In this document: positions 8,999-18,900 of the stretch, one piece after another
How positions within the stretch are numbered: position 1 is the stretch's first letter
Layout: every line of letters begins with the position of its first letter
Assembly: GCA_024225035.1 (NCBI GenBank)
Contig: JAAEMX010000211.1
Coordinates: forward strand, 22,658 to 86,657
Length of the DNA: 64,000 nucleotides
Direction: 5' to 3'
Source of the DNA: Lentisphaerota bacterium
GTDB lineage: Bacteria > Verrucomicrobiota > Lentisphaeria > Victivallales > Victivallaceae
Notes under the pieces: model-generated
Database searches by the model: none
Seen by the model: the letters and a program-made list of their open reading frames with translations, nothing else
Told to the model about the DNA's origin: nothing
Program-made: the position numbers and the translations under genes

Positions 8999-10144
8999 AT
9001 GAACTTTATCATACGAGATATACAAGGTACCGAGCATGGTCCAATTGACGAAGAGACTATTGCTAAATGGGTTGATGAAGACCGCGTGACACCTGAAACC
9101 CCAGTTAGAAACAGCTTGCTTAAGACTTGGAAAGCAGCTGGGGATTTAAACTTTCTGCAAGAACGATTTCAGGAACAGGAAAAACGACGCACTGAGGCAG
9201 AAACATCAACTCAAAAATCAACCCGAACCTTAAAAGATGTTGCAAGATCTTTTAAACGTTCCAAAGAATCTGAGACAATGTTTAAACATAAGCATATTCC
9301 AGAATATGCTAATACCGGCAGAAGAATTTTAGCTTTTGTTTACGACATGGTAATTGTGTTCATTGTTGGTATTATAATTTTTAGCGGCGGCATGTATTAT
9401 GCACGCGAACTGGCGGTAAAACAGACTAATAACTCTAAAAAAGAACTTGCTGAACAGGATAACTTTGCGCCAGAAGAAAAAATAAAACCTAAAGTCAAAG
9501 CTAAAAAGAAAATTAAAAGCAAGCAACCTGTTAAAAACGAGAAAAAGGGAAAAGAAAACCTTGCAGAGAAAGAGGGCGAAGCTGCCGAAAAGGCTGCAAA
9601 AGAAGAAATTGGTATAACTGAAAAATACCTGACTGAAGCTGCTGATAAAGTTAATACCGCTGTTAAAGAACAGGAAAAAATTTATGCATTGCACGAGGAC
9701 AACCTGACGGCTGTCTATCCTCCATATACTTATGCCGATGAACGGGGCGGGTATGGGGTCAGCTCTGTATGGATTGATACGGTAAGCAATGAAAAGTATG
9801 TGTGTCTCGGTGCTGATCAAAGCAATGCATGTTGGATAAAAGTTTCAAAATTATCAATGATTTTCACTTGGTGTTTTGTAATATTACTTGGAATTACTCT
9901 TTTGTATTACGGTGTTACATTGGGCTACTTTGCCCAGACTTACGGAATGTGGTTCTGGGGTATTTTCATCGCTAGAAAAAACATTACAGAGGCATATTAC
10001 TTCAGAACATTTATCTGGACATTGTTTATGTTTACTATGGGGATTCTGATGCCATTTTTAAACTATATTTTCCATCGCGGTTTGCATGACATGCTTTCTG
10101 GAGTTAGGATTATAAAAGTTGGCGGAGCCACACGAGAAGAATAA
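8999..10144 (+). CDS. hypothetical membrane protein: GYF/DUF4339-like N-terminus, Lys-rich low-complexity linker, C-terminal TM domain
   Basis: Start moved to Met (MNFIIRD) at 8999, preceded by AGGAAA. It has an N-terminal W-containing small domain and a KPKVKAKKKIKSKQPVKNEKKGK stretch. TM helices are at about residues 130-150 and 300-360. Confidence 0.5.
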   Translation: MNFIIRDIQGTEHGPIDEETIAKWVDEDRVTPETPVRNSLLKTWKAAGDLNFLQERFQEQEKRRTEAETSTQKSTRTLKDVARSFKRSKESETMFKHKHIPEYANTGRRILAFVYDMVIVFIVGIIIFSGGMYYARELAVKQTNNSKKELAEQDNFAPEEKIKPKVKAKKKIKSKQPVKNEKKGKENLAEKEGEAAEKAAKEEIGITEKYLTEAADKVNTAVKEQEKIYALHEDNLTAVYPPYTYADERGGYGVSSVWIDTVSNEKYVCLGADQSNACWIKVSKLSMIFTWCFVILLGITLLYYGVTLGYFAQTYGMWFWGIFIARKNITEAYYFRTFIWTLFMFTMGILMPFLNYIFHRGLHDMLSGVRIIKVGGATREE

Positions 10145-10146
10145 TT

Positions 10147-10887
10147 ATGGAACAACTACTTGATTTAATTAGAAACGCAGAATTTTGTACCGCTTTTACG
10201 GGTGCAGGAGTTTCTACATTCTCAGGTATAAAAGACTTCCGAGGCAAGGACGGTATTTACCGTAACAGCAAAATCGACGCTGACAAGATTTTTTCTCTTG
10301 ATTACTTCATGAATGATCCTAGTTATTATTACATAAACTCAAAAGATTTTATTTACAATATCCATACGCTTCAGCCAAGCATTGTTCATAAGGTTCTTGC
10401 AGCAATGGAAGAGCAGGGGATGCTAAAAGCTGTAATCACACAGAATATCGACATGTTGCACCAGCGTGCAGGTACTAAAAAAATAGTTGAGCTGCATGGA
10501 ACTCCAACTGAACATTATTGCATGTCGTGCGGTAAAACATATACTTTTGATGAGATTGCTGAAGTTGTATGTAATGATGAAGTTCCACAGTGCAGTATAT
10601 GTGGGGGTGTAGTTAAACCTCGGATCACTTTCTTTGGTGAAATGCTTTCCGAAGGAGCCTTGGAAGAGGCTTTTGAACTTGCTGATAAATCTGACCTTAT
10701 GATCGTTCTGGGATCAACTTTGGTTGTGCAGCCAGCGGCGTCTATTCCTTCAATTGCTGTCCGGAACGGAGCAAAACTGGTTATTGTTAACGACATGCCA
10801 ACCCCATTAGATCACAGGGCAGCGCTACGCTATAATGATCTTGAGGAAGTCTTTACTTTTCTGGATAATAACCTGCTTTCTGAATAG
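10147..10887 (+). CDS. cobB: NAD-dependent protein deacylase, Sir2 family
   Basis: Sir2 motifs GAGVSTFSGIKDFRG and QNIDMLHQRAG, plus a Zn-binding CxxC..CxxC (CMSCG..CSICGG). Start is 3 nt after the upstream stop. Confidence 0.8.
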   Translation: MEQLLDLIRNAEFCTAFTGAGVSTFSGIKDFRGKDGIYRNSKIDADKIFSLDYFMNDPSYYYINSKDFIYNIHTLQPSIVHKVLAAMEEQGMLKAVITQNIDMLHQRAGTKKIVELHGTPTEHYCMSCGKTYTFDEIAEVVCNDEVPQCSICGGVVKPRITFFGEMLSEGALEEAFELADKSDLMIVLGSTLVVQPAASIPSIAVRNGAKLVIVNDMPTPLDHRAALRYNDLEEVFTFLDNNLLSE

Positions 10888-11012
10888 TTATTTTCCCTTT
10901 TTTGAGTGATTTGCTCTATTTATCTAATTTTTACTATTGATTTTATTTTGTATTGTTGTATGCTTTAATAGATATAAAAATATAAATATATCCATATAAT
11001 GGTTTATTTAAT

Positions 11013-11270
11013 ATGTCGAAACCTGAAATAGTAATTTGTCTGGGAAGTTCCTGCTCCGCACGTGGCAATGAACGCAATCTTGAAATGATTGAGAATTATC
11101 TGCAGAATAATGGATTGCAAGATAGTGTTGACGTTGATTTTAACTGTTCATTATGTCAGGGAAAATGTAGTGAAGGACCTAATATTTTCGTTGATGGTAA
11201 ACTTTACAATCATGTTGATGAAGGCGTGACCAGAGAAATACTAATGAAAATATTACCTGTTACAAAATAA
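11013..11270 (+). CDS. thioredoxin-like [2Fe-2S] ferredoxin (NuoE/HymA-like small subunit)
   Basis: 85 aa with a C-x4-C (CLGSSC) ... C-x3-C (CQGKC) spacing typical of NuoE-fold 2Fe-2S proteins. It immediately precedes a hydrogenase-like gene. Confidence 0.6.
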   Translation: MSKPEIVICLGSSCSARGNERNLEMIENYLQNNGLQDSVDVDFNCSLCQGKCSEGPNIFVDGKLYNHVDEGVTREILMKILPVTK

Positions 11271-11284
11271 TGCCTGAGGATTAG

Positions 11285-12175
11285 GTGATGAATCATAATT
11301 ACCCGGTATTTACTGTAGCAAATGAATGTCAGGACTGTTGCAAATGTGTCCGTCATTGTCCATCCAAAGCTATCAGAGTTGTAGATGGCAGGGCCAGTGT
11401 AATGCCGGAATTGTGTGTCGCTTGTGGCCTTTGTGTCAAAATCTGTCCTGCTGGCGCTAAGCGCATTCGTGATGATTTGTCCAGAGCGAACTATTTACTT
11501 AATGAAAAAGAGAGAGTGTTTCTTTCATTGGCCCCAAGTTGGAAAAGTTATTTTAAGGGGCTTAAATGCGAGCAGTTAGTAAGTGCTGTGAAAAAGCTAG
11601 GCTTTGCAGGGGTGAGCGAGACCGCTCTAGGAGCTGAGCTAGTGAGCGCTGTTTCCGGCCAGATACTTAACAGGAATAACCCCGGATTATACATCTCTTC
11701 GGCCTGTCCGGCTGCTGTTGATTTTATCCGTAAGTATTTGCCTGAATGTACTGCCGCAATCACTCCGGTATTGTCACCACTTTTGACGCATGCCAAAATG
11801 CTGCGTCAGCACTATGGTGATGATATTGGAGTGGTCTTTGCAGGGCCCTGCGCCGCAAAAAAACAGGAAGCTGATCGTTATCCAGAGCTGGCTAATGTAG
11901 CATTAACTTTTGAAGATATAGAACACTGGTTTATCAGAGAGAGAGTTTTCCCACACAGGGAAAGAGGGAAGGCTAGGTTCGTACCATACTCTGCCGTGGA
12001 GGGTAGAGTGTATCCGCTGGAAGGCGGCATGATTGAAACCTTACGCGAGCGAGACCGGGATGACAGTAAGTATTTTATTACTGTCACTGGTCTCAGCAAT
12101 ATTGAACGGACTTTAAGTTGTGCGGTTTCTGATTATAATGATATGCAAGCCTGGCTTGTGAAGGCGGTTGTGTAA
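11285..12175 (+). CDS. sensory-type (HydS-like, group C) [FeFe]-hydrogenase homolog, N-terminal part (gene interrupted by a frameshift near 12140-12150)
   Basis: Two 4Fe-4S motifs (CQDCCKCVRHCP, CVACGLCVKICP), then H-domain motifs SSACPAA (L1, with the first Cys of TSCCP replaced) and GPCAAKKQE (L2). The L3 motif continues in another frame. Confidence 0.7.
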   Translation: MMNHNYPVFTVANECQDCCKCVRHCPSKAIRVVDGRASVMPELCVACGLCVKICPAGAKRIRDDLSRANYLLNEKERVFLSLAPSWKSYFKGLKCEQLVSAVKKLGFAGVSETALGAELVSAVSGQILNRNNPGLYISSACPAAVDFIRKYLPECTAAITPVLSPLLTHAKMLRQHYGDDIGVVFAGPCAAKKQEADRYPELANVALTFEDIEHWFIRERVFPHRERGKARFVPYSAVEGRVYPLEGGMIETLRERDRDDSKYFITVTGLSNIERTLSCAVSDYNDMQAWLVKAVV

Positions 12176-13020
12176 ATGGTCCCGGCATGAGAGATACTGG
12201 CGGAACCATTGCTGATTTAGTTGCAACTTGTAGTGATGCTGCACGTGAAAGCAGCTTAAAGCGTGTTGTTGATATCGATTTAAAAGAGAGTTTGAAGCCT
12301 GAAAAAATTTATTATAAGAAACTTAGCGAGGGAAAAGTTAATAACGCTTTGGACTCGGTTGGCAAAGTGTCCGTAGAGGATGAATTGAATTGCGGCGGGT
12401 GTGGTTATGGAACCTGCAGAGATTTTGCGAGAGCTATGCTTGAGGGTAAAGCGGAGGCCGCTATGTGCCTGTCATATCTAAGAAAACTGGCTCAGCGTAA
12501 GAGTAATGCTTTAATTAAATATATTCCTGCCGGCGTGGTTATTGCTGACAGAAACTTAAATATCATAGAGTGCAACCAGAATTTTAGTCGACTTTTTGAT
12601 GAAAGCACCAGATTGGCATTTGAGGCTGTGCCGGGATTGAGTGGAGTTAATTTAAAGAAAATTGTTGATTTTTATGATCTTTTTGAGGCTGCATTGGCTT
12701 CCGGGAAAGACGTGTGCCGTGATAATTACCTAAGTGGTGACCACATCCTGAATATCAGTGTTTTTACAATAGAAAAACATCGCACTATAGGAGCAATTGT
12801 TCAGGATGTGACACAGGCGGAAATACATCGTGAACATATTTCAGAAATGGCACAGGAGGTTATCCGCAAAAACGTGAACACTATTCAGAAAATGGCCAAA
12901 TATCTGGGTGAACACATGGCAGATACAGAAATACTGCTGCGTGAAGTCGCCAGCGGATACAAATCTAACACTAAACGCAGGGAGCTTGGCAATGATTTTA
13001 CTGGAAGAGACATTCATTGA
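12142..13020 (+). CDS. sensory [FeFe]-hydrogenase homolog, C-terminal part: H-cluster L3 motif, extra 4-Cys cluster and PAS domain
   Basis: This frame is open from 12142 and encodes KLACEGGCVNG (L3). It continues to CGGCGYGTC-x16-C (a Cx2Cx4Cx16C motif) and a PAS-like fold (IPAGVVIADRNLNIIECNQNF...). Confidence 0.65.
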   Translation, partial: YASLACEGGCVNGPGMRDTGGTIADLVATCSDAARESSLKRVVDIDLKESLKPEKIYYKKLSEGKVNNALDSVGKVSVEDELNCGGCGYGTCRDFARAMLEGKAEAAMCLSYLRKLAQRKSNALIKYIPAGVVIADRNLNIIECNQNFSRLFDESTRLAFEAVPGLSGVNLKKIVDFYDLFEAALASGKDVCRDNYLSGDHILNISVFTIEKHRTIGAIVQDVTQAEIHREHISEMAQEVIRKNVNTIQKMAKYLGEHMADTEILLREVASGYKSNTKRRELGNDFTGRDIH

Positions 13021-14176
13021 AATAGAGTGCTGCCAGCGCATCAAAACCGGCGAGTCTGTTTGTGGTGATGATTTTAGAAGTATCAGGCTGGATGATGAAA
13101 GCCGTTGCATCTCGGTATTATCAGATGGTTTAGGCAGCGGAATAAAGGATTCATTGATGGCCAGTATGACAACGTCAATGGTGCTGCGGTTTGTTTCCCG
13201 GGATATGGAGATAATCCCATCTGCTGAAATAATAATGGATACCTTGCCGGTTTGTGAGGTTAGAAAGATAAGTTATGCCACTTTTACTGTTGCCGATATA
13301 CTGGCAAATGACCGCGTCAGGATTATTGAAATGGATAACCCGCCTTATATACACTTGCGGGACGGTGAAGATGTTCAATGGGAAAAACAAACTGTTTTCT
13401 CTGCTGCATGGCCTGACCGCAAACTTAATTTATCAAAGTTTAAAGCTGTTCCGGGAGATAGAATTATATTCTTTTCTGATGGTGTAACCCAGGCAGGGCT
13501 CGGACATTCAATTGCCAAGTTTGGCTGGAAAAGGCAAGGATGTCTGGAGTTTGTGCAGAATATTATCAAACGTGAACCGAACATTTCGGCTCGTGATTTG
13601 TCACATTCTATTGTAGCACAAGCTTGTACAAAGAACCCTGGGTTTTCGTGTATTGACGATATTTCATGCACTGTAATATATTTTCGTAAGCCAAGGCACA
13701 TCCGACTGTTAACAGGGCCTCCTTTCAGAAATGATAAGGATCGTGACTTTGCCAAAACTGTTCTCGATTTTAATGGCAGGTCTGTGATTTGCGGTGGAAC
13801 AACTGCAGGAATAGTTGGCAGAGAGCTAAACCGTGAAGTAAGAACAGACCTCAGATTGCGGGGAGGGGGATTGCCACCAATATCTACAATGAAAGGTATT
13901 GACTTGGTTACTGAAGGCATTCTTACATTGACCGAAACAGACAGACAGCTTGAGTTGGATAACAGACAACAATCTGCTCCCTTAGCAGCAGCAAAGTTGA
14001 TTGAGTTGTTACAGGAAAGTGATGTTATCGAATTCATCGCAGGTACTAGAGTCAACGAAGCTCATCAGGATCCCAGCCTGCCTGTTGATTTGGAAATCAG
14101 GCGTAACATAATCAAGCGGCTCAAGACTGTGTTGGAAAATAAGTACATGAAAAAAGTAACTATCAAGTATTATTAA
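12992..14176 (+). CDS. PP2C/SpoIIE-family serine phosphatase
   Basis: SpoIIE-type motifs GESVCGDDF and LSDGLGSGIKDSLMAS, then FFSDGV. Start taken at MILLEETF, which overlaps the hydrogenase 3' end by about 29 nt. Confidence 0.7.
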   Translation: MILLEETFIEIECCQRIKTGESVCGDDFRSIRLDDESRCISVLSDGLGSGIKDSLMASMTTSMVLRFVSRDMEIIPSAEIIMDTLPVCEVRKISYATFTVADILANDRVRIIEMDNPPYIHLRDGEDVQWEKQTVFSAAWPDRKLNLSKFKAVPGDRIIFFSDGVTQAGLGHSIAKFGWKRQGCLEFVQNIIKREPNISARDLSHSIVAQACTKNPGFSCIDDISCTVIYFRKPRHIRLLTGPPFRNDKDRDFAKTVLDFNGRSVICGGTTAGIVGRELNREVRTDLRLRGGGLPPISTMKGIDLVTEGILTLTETDRQLELDNRQQSAPLAAAKLIELLQESDVIEFIAGTRVNEAHQDPSLPVDLEIRRNIIKRLKTVLENKYMKKVTIKYY

Positions 14177-14195
14177 AGATATACAGGATTTACTC

Positions 14196-14459
14196 ATGAC
14201 CAAGAAAAAAGTAAAGGTAGAGATATGTGTTGGGACAACCTGTTTTCTGCTTGGAGCATCTAAGCTTCAGGAAATGGAAAGGTTTCTTCCGCCGGATCTT
14301 ACCGGTAGAGTTGAAGTGCAGGGCACCGCATGTCTTGGATGCTGCAGAAATGACAACTTTGGCAGCGCTCCGTTCGTCAAGGTTGATGATACTGATGTTA
14401 TTGCTAATGCTACCCTTGAAAAAGTTATAAATAGAGTCAGACGCAGCCTGAACCTCTAA
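14196..14459 (+). CDS. thioredoxin-like [2Fe-2S] ferredoxin (NuoE/HymA-like)
   Basis: 87 aa with CVGTTC ... CLGCC motifs. It sits immediately upstream of the catalytic hydrogenase. Confidence 0.6.
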   Translation: MTKKKVKVEICVGTTCFLLGASKLQEMERFLPPDLTGRVEVQGTACLGCCRNDNFGSAPFVKVDDTDVIANATLEKVINRVRRSLNL

Positions 14460-14467
14460 GGAGATAA

Positions 14468-15919
14468 GTGATGATAATGAAAGTAGCCAATAACGCTGAA
14501 AGAATCAGGCGTGAGCTGCTGATAAGAATAATCCGCAACTTTATGCGTGGAACCCTTAAGGATGTTATTGACCGTATTGCGGTTGATATGCGTCCTCGCA
14601 AGGAAAGGCCTTCACGCTGTTGTGTTTATAAAGACAGAGCCGTTCTTAAATATAGAGTTATGGCAATGCTTGGGTTTGGTATTGAAGATGAAATAGATGA
14701 AGCAAAGGCATTGAGCAAATATCTGAAAGAGGCTACAGAACGACAAGCCCCGGACGATAATATATTGAGTGTATTAGACGTGGCATGTTCAGCATGTGTT
14801 GAAAGTCAGTACTTAGTAACTAATGCATGTCGTGGTTGTTTTGCCCGACCATGTACCTTCAATTGTCCTCGTGATGCAATTCAAGTTGTTGACGGGCAGG
14901 CACGGATTGACCATAGTTTGTGCATTGACTGTGGTAAATGTACAAAAGTCTGCCCATATCATGCAATTATACGAGTGCCAATTCCATGTGAAGAAGCATG
15001 TCCGGTAAACGCTATTAAGAAACGTTCTGACGGAACGCAGGTGATTAACTTTAAAAGCTGCATTTCCTGCGGTAAATGCATGCAGGCGTGTCCTTTTGGA
15101 GCAATTCTGGAGCGTTCCCAGATTATTGATGTACTTAACGCAATTAAAAAAGGTAAAAAAGTCGTGGCAATGGTCGCACCCTCTATTGTCGGTCAGTTTC
15201 CTGGAAAACTCGCGCAGATAGCTGAAGCCGTCAAGCTGGTTGGGTTTGAGCTTATGGAAGAAGTTGCTCATGGAGCTCAAATGACCACTGAGCACGAGAC
15301 TAAAGAGTTTTTTGAACATATGGAGCAGGGAGACCACATTATGACTTCTTCGTGCTGCCCGGCTTATGTTGAGACCGTCAAAAAACATGTACCTCTTTTG
15401 CAGCCATATGTTTCTGATACTCCGAGCCCAATGCGTTTTACTGCCAGAGTCGTTAAAGAGAAATATGGATGTGACTGTGTTAGTGTGTTTATCGGGCCCT
15501 GTGTTGCAAAGCGCAAGGAAGCGCAAAGGTCTCCAAAAGTTGACTACGTATTAACATTTGAAGAACTAGGTTCTTTCTTTGCGGCCATGAATATCGATGT
15601 TGCGTCTCTGAAAGGAATTAAACTTCCGAGAAAAGTAGAAGGTTACGCACGTGGATTTGCCAGTAGTTGCGGGGTGACCTCTGCAATGCTGAAAGAGTCT
15701 ACCAAGACTGTGGCAGACAGCAACTTGGATAATGACGCGAAGTTTATAAACGGACTTGACCAAAAAACAGTTAAACAACTTCATCTTTACGGTAAAGGCA
15801 AACTCCCGGGCAATTTCCTCGAAGTAATGGCTTGCGAAGGAGGCTGTGTTGGAGGTCCTTGCGTGCTGGGTGATGTTAAGCTTGCTACTCGCGCGGTAAA
15901 AGCATCAACGGAAGAATAA
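14468..15919 (+). CDS. [FeFe]-hydrogenase catalytic subunit (monomeric, Fe-S-rich N-terminus; group B-like)
   Basis: All three intact H-cluster motifs are present: TSSCCPAY (L1), GPCVAKRKE (L2) and MACEGGCVGGPC (L3). Two 4Fe-4S ferredoxin motifs and extra N-terminal Cys clusters are also present. Confidence 0.85.
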   Translation: MMIMKVANNAERIRRELLIRIIRNFMRGTLKDVIDRIAVDMRPRKERPSRCCVYKDRAVLKYRVMAMLGFGIEDEIDEAKALSKYLKEATERQAPDDNILSVLDVACSACVESQYLVTNACRGCFARPCTFNCPRDAIQVVDGQARIDHSLCIDCGKCTKVCPYHAIIRVPIPCEEACPVNAIKKRSDGTQVINFKSCISCGKCMQACPFGAILERSQIIDVLNAIKKGKKVVAMVAPSIVGQFPGKLAQIAEAVKLVGFELMEEVAHGAQMTTEHETKEFFEHMEQGDHIMTSSCCPAYVETVKKHVPLLQPYVSDTPSPMRFTARVVKEKYGCDCVSVFIGPCVAKRKEAQRSPKVDYVLTFEELGSFFAAMNIDVASLKGIKLPRKVEGYARGFASSCGVTSAMLKESTKTVADSNLDNDAKFINGLDQKTVKQLHLYGKGKLPGNFLEVMACEGGCVGGPCVLGDVKLATRAVKASTEE

Positions 15920-15969
15920 ATTTAAATGCTATTTTCCCTCCGCCATAGGCGACGGAGGGAGTTAATATG

Positions 15970-18900
15970 TTATTTCTTGTCAAAACGCTTTTCAACTGTG
16001 TAATAAACAGCAGGCAGCAAGAACAAAGTAAGAAGTGTTGAACTCGCAAGACCAACTACAACTATAGCTGCCAGCGGGCGTTGGATTTCAGCTCCGACTC
16101 CATGCGAAAGCAATAACGGAGCCAGACCGAAAAGGGTAGTCAGGGTTGTGAGTACAACTGGCCTAAACCTTATAACGCTGCCTTCGACTACCGCTTCGAG
16201 CAGAGGCTTCCCTTCTTCACGCAACTGATTGAAGTCAGTAACCATAACCACTGCATCCTGCATGGCTATACCAAACAGGGCAATAAAGCCCACAGATGCT
16301 GCAACTGAAAGGAATTGCCCGGTTAACAACAACCCGATAATTCCGCCTATCAATGCCAAAGGTACGTTCAGCATTACAATAAGCGCATGTCTGCCTGACC
16401 GGAAGGTTGCCCAAAGCAGGAAGAAAATTAACAGAATCACCAATGGCACAATTATTCCAAGCTTTTTCATTGCGCGCTGCTGATTCTCGAATTGTCCACC
16501 AAATTCAACAAAATATCCAGAAGGAAGTTTGACTGAACTGTCAAGCTTTTTCTTGATATCTTTTATGACATGGCTAAGAGCACGACCTGAAATATTGCCT
16601 TGAATTATCCAGCGACGATGGTTTTTCTCACGGTTAATCTGAACAGGCCCTTCAGTTACTTTGATTTTTGCAATCTGCCCCAGCATAATAGTGGCTCCGC
16701 TTTTGGTCTTTACCGGCAGCTGTTTCAGCATTTCAATATTAGACCTCCAGTCAGAAATAAAGCGAAAATTGATCGCGTATTTTCGGGTGTTTTTATACAT
16801 GAAATCAATATCGCCGCCGCCGACAGCAGTTTCTATCAACTGCATTACAGAAGCTCCTGAAATTCCAAAGCGAGCTGCTTTCGGTCGGTTCAGGATGATT
16901 TGTATTTGCGGTTGTCCGAAACTTTGTTCGGTTGCCAGGTCTACAATGCCGGGAATATCTTTTATAGCGTTACGAATTTCCTCAGATTTTTCACGCAAAA
17001 CAGTAAGGTCCTCGCCATATAGCTTAATTGCGAAAAATGCTTTAATACCTGAAAGCAGTTCGTCAAAGGAATTCTGAATCGGCTGTGAAAAGTTTATTTG
17101 AATCCCGGGATAAACCGATAGTTCTTTTCTTAACTTTTGCAGTAATTCATTCTTGTTTTTAAAGCCCTGCCATTGCTTATAAGGCTTGAGCTCAATATGA
17201 ACTTCAGCAAAATTTACCGGATGAGGGTGGCTGCCGGCTTCTGGACGACCTATTCTGGAAACGGTTTCCCGAACAGGCTGCTCTTTAATAATAATCTTTT
17301 CAAGCTTTTGCACTGTTGCTTTTGCTTCATCCAGGCTTATAGAAGGAGCCATGGTTACTCCAACAAGGATAGAACCTTCCTCCAGAACAGGCATAAACTC
17401 TTTGCCGATTCGTCCTAGAGCAATCACGCTTAATGTTACGGCTATGAGAACTGCAATATACATGAACCATCGCAGTTTTATCGCTATTTCAAGCATAGGT
17501 TTATAGTGCTTGCTGTCAAAGTTACGCATTAGCTGAAATCTCGTTTTAATACCCTTTTTAAGCATAAAACTACAGAGTACAGGCGCAATAACCGTTGCGG
17601 CCGCAATAGATCCCAGCAAAGCAAGGCATATTGAAAAAGCCATAGGCTTGAACAGCTTGCCTTCTACCCCGTGCAGAGTAAACAATGGCAAAAACACTGC
17701 GGTTATGATTAATAATGCAAATGCGATGGGACGTCCGACTTCATGAGCTGCTACGCCGATTAAACGCAGAACACTTTTATCTTTGTTTTCCGGATCTGAT
17801 AAGTAACGCATTATGTTTTCTGTAACCACAATGGAGCCATCTACCAGCATCCCCAGAGCAACGGCAATACCACCTAGTGACATAAGGTTTGAGGATATTC
17901 CCATCAGCTTCATTCCTACGAGAGCCAGTCCTGCACAGAACGGCATCGACATGGCGACGATCAAAGCTGAGCGTAAGTTACCTAGAAATAATGCCAGTAC
18001 AATAAGCACCAGAATACCACCTTGGAGGAGTGCGTTTTTAACTGTATCTGTGGCTTTCTGTACTAAATGAGATTGCTCATAATAAGGAACCAGTTTTACA
18101 CCGGCAGGCAAGGTCTTCTGTATTTGAGCAACTTTTTTATAAAGATCTGAAATTACTTTTGAGGTATTTTCTCCATACAGCTTCATGACTATTCCAGAGA
18201 CAATCTCCTCCTCGCCATTACGAGTTACTACCCCACGCCTGATGGCATTTCCGTATTCAACAGTTGCAATATCACCAACAGTTATAGGCGTGCCGCTGAA
18301 CTCCTTTACGGGCACCTTGCGCAGTCCGGCAAGGTTTTTTAGTAAACCTATACCACGCACGAGATATTCCTCCGATCCTAGAACTAAATACTGCCCGCCA
18401 ACATTACGGTTATTTTCGTTCACCGCTTCAATGACATCATCTATAGTAATGTCATACTTACGCATTTTATTGGGATCGGCATTTATGCGATATTGCAGCA
18501 CATGCCCCCCCATCGAAAGTACTGCCGTTACTCCGGGGACTGTCTGTAACTGATACTTGACTACAAAATCATTTAGCTCGCGCAAGTATGTGTTGACATC
18601 TTTGCCTTCTGTGTTTACTTTGCCGTCAGCTTTCAGATAATACATGAAAACTTGACCTAAGCCGCTGGAAATGGGGCCCAGTGCCGGCTTTTCTAAACCG
18701 GGAGGCAATTGAGCTGCAGCTGCATTTAACCTTTCGGCAACAAGTTGACGCGCAAAGTACATATCAACACTGTCTTTGAAGTAGACATATATAACAGCCA
18801 TTCCGAAAGCAGAAGTAGACTTGATTAAAGTTACATCAGGCAAGCCGTTCATTGCTGACTCAATAGGATAGGCTATTAGGCGTTCTACCTCTTCAGGGGC

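Noticed and set aside
9329-9820. 163-aa minus-strand ORF (Phe/Leu-rich) antisense to the Lys-rich region of the 8999-10144 gene
   Set aside because: It is the reverse complement of AAA/GAA-rich coding sequence, which gives a low-complexity poly-F/L artefact.
12908-12991. N-terminal 28-codon extension of the PP2C phosphatase ORF
   Set aside because: It overlaps the hydrogenase/PAS gene in another frame. The phosphatase homology starts at MILLEETF (12992), so the extension is unlikely to be translated.
16229-18553. Several 80-140 aa plus-strand ORFs inside czcA
   Set aside because: They are antisense to a 1032-aa well-supported RND gene and have no start context or motifs. Shadow ORFs of a long coding region.
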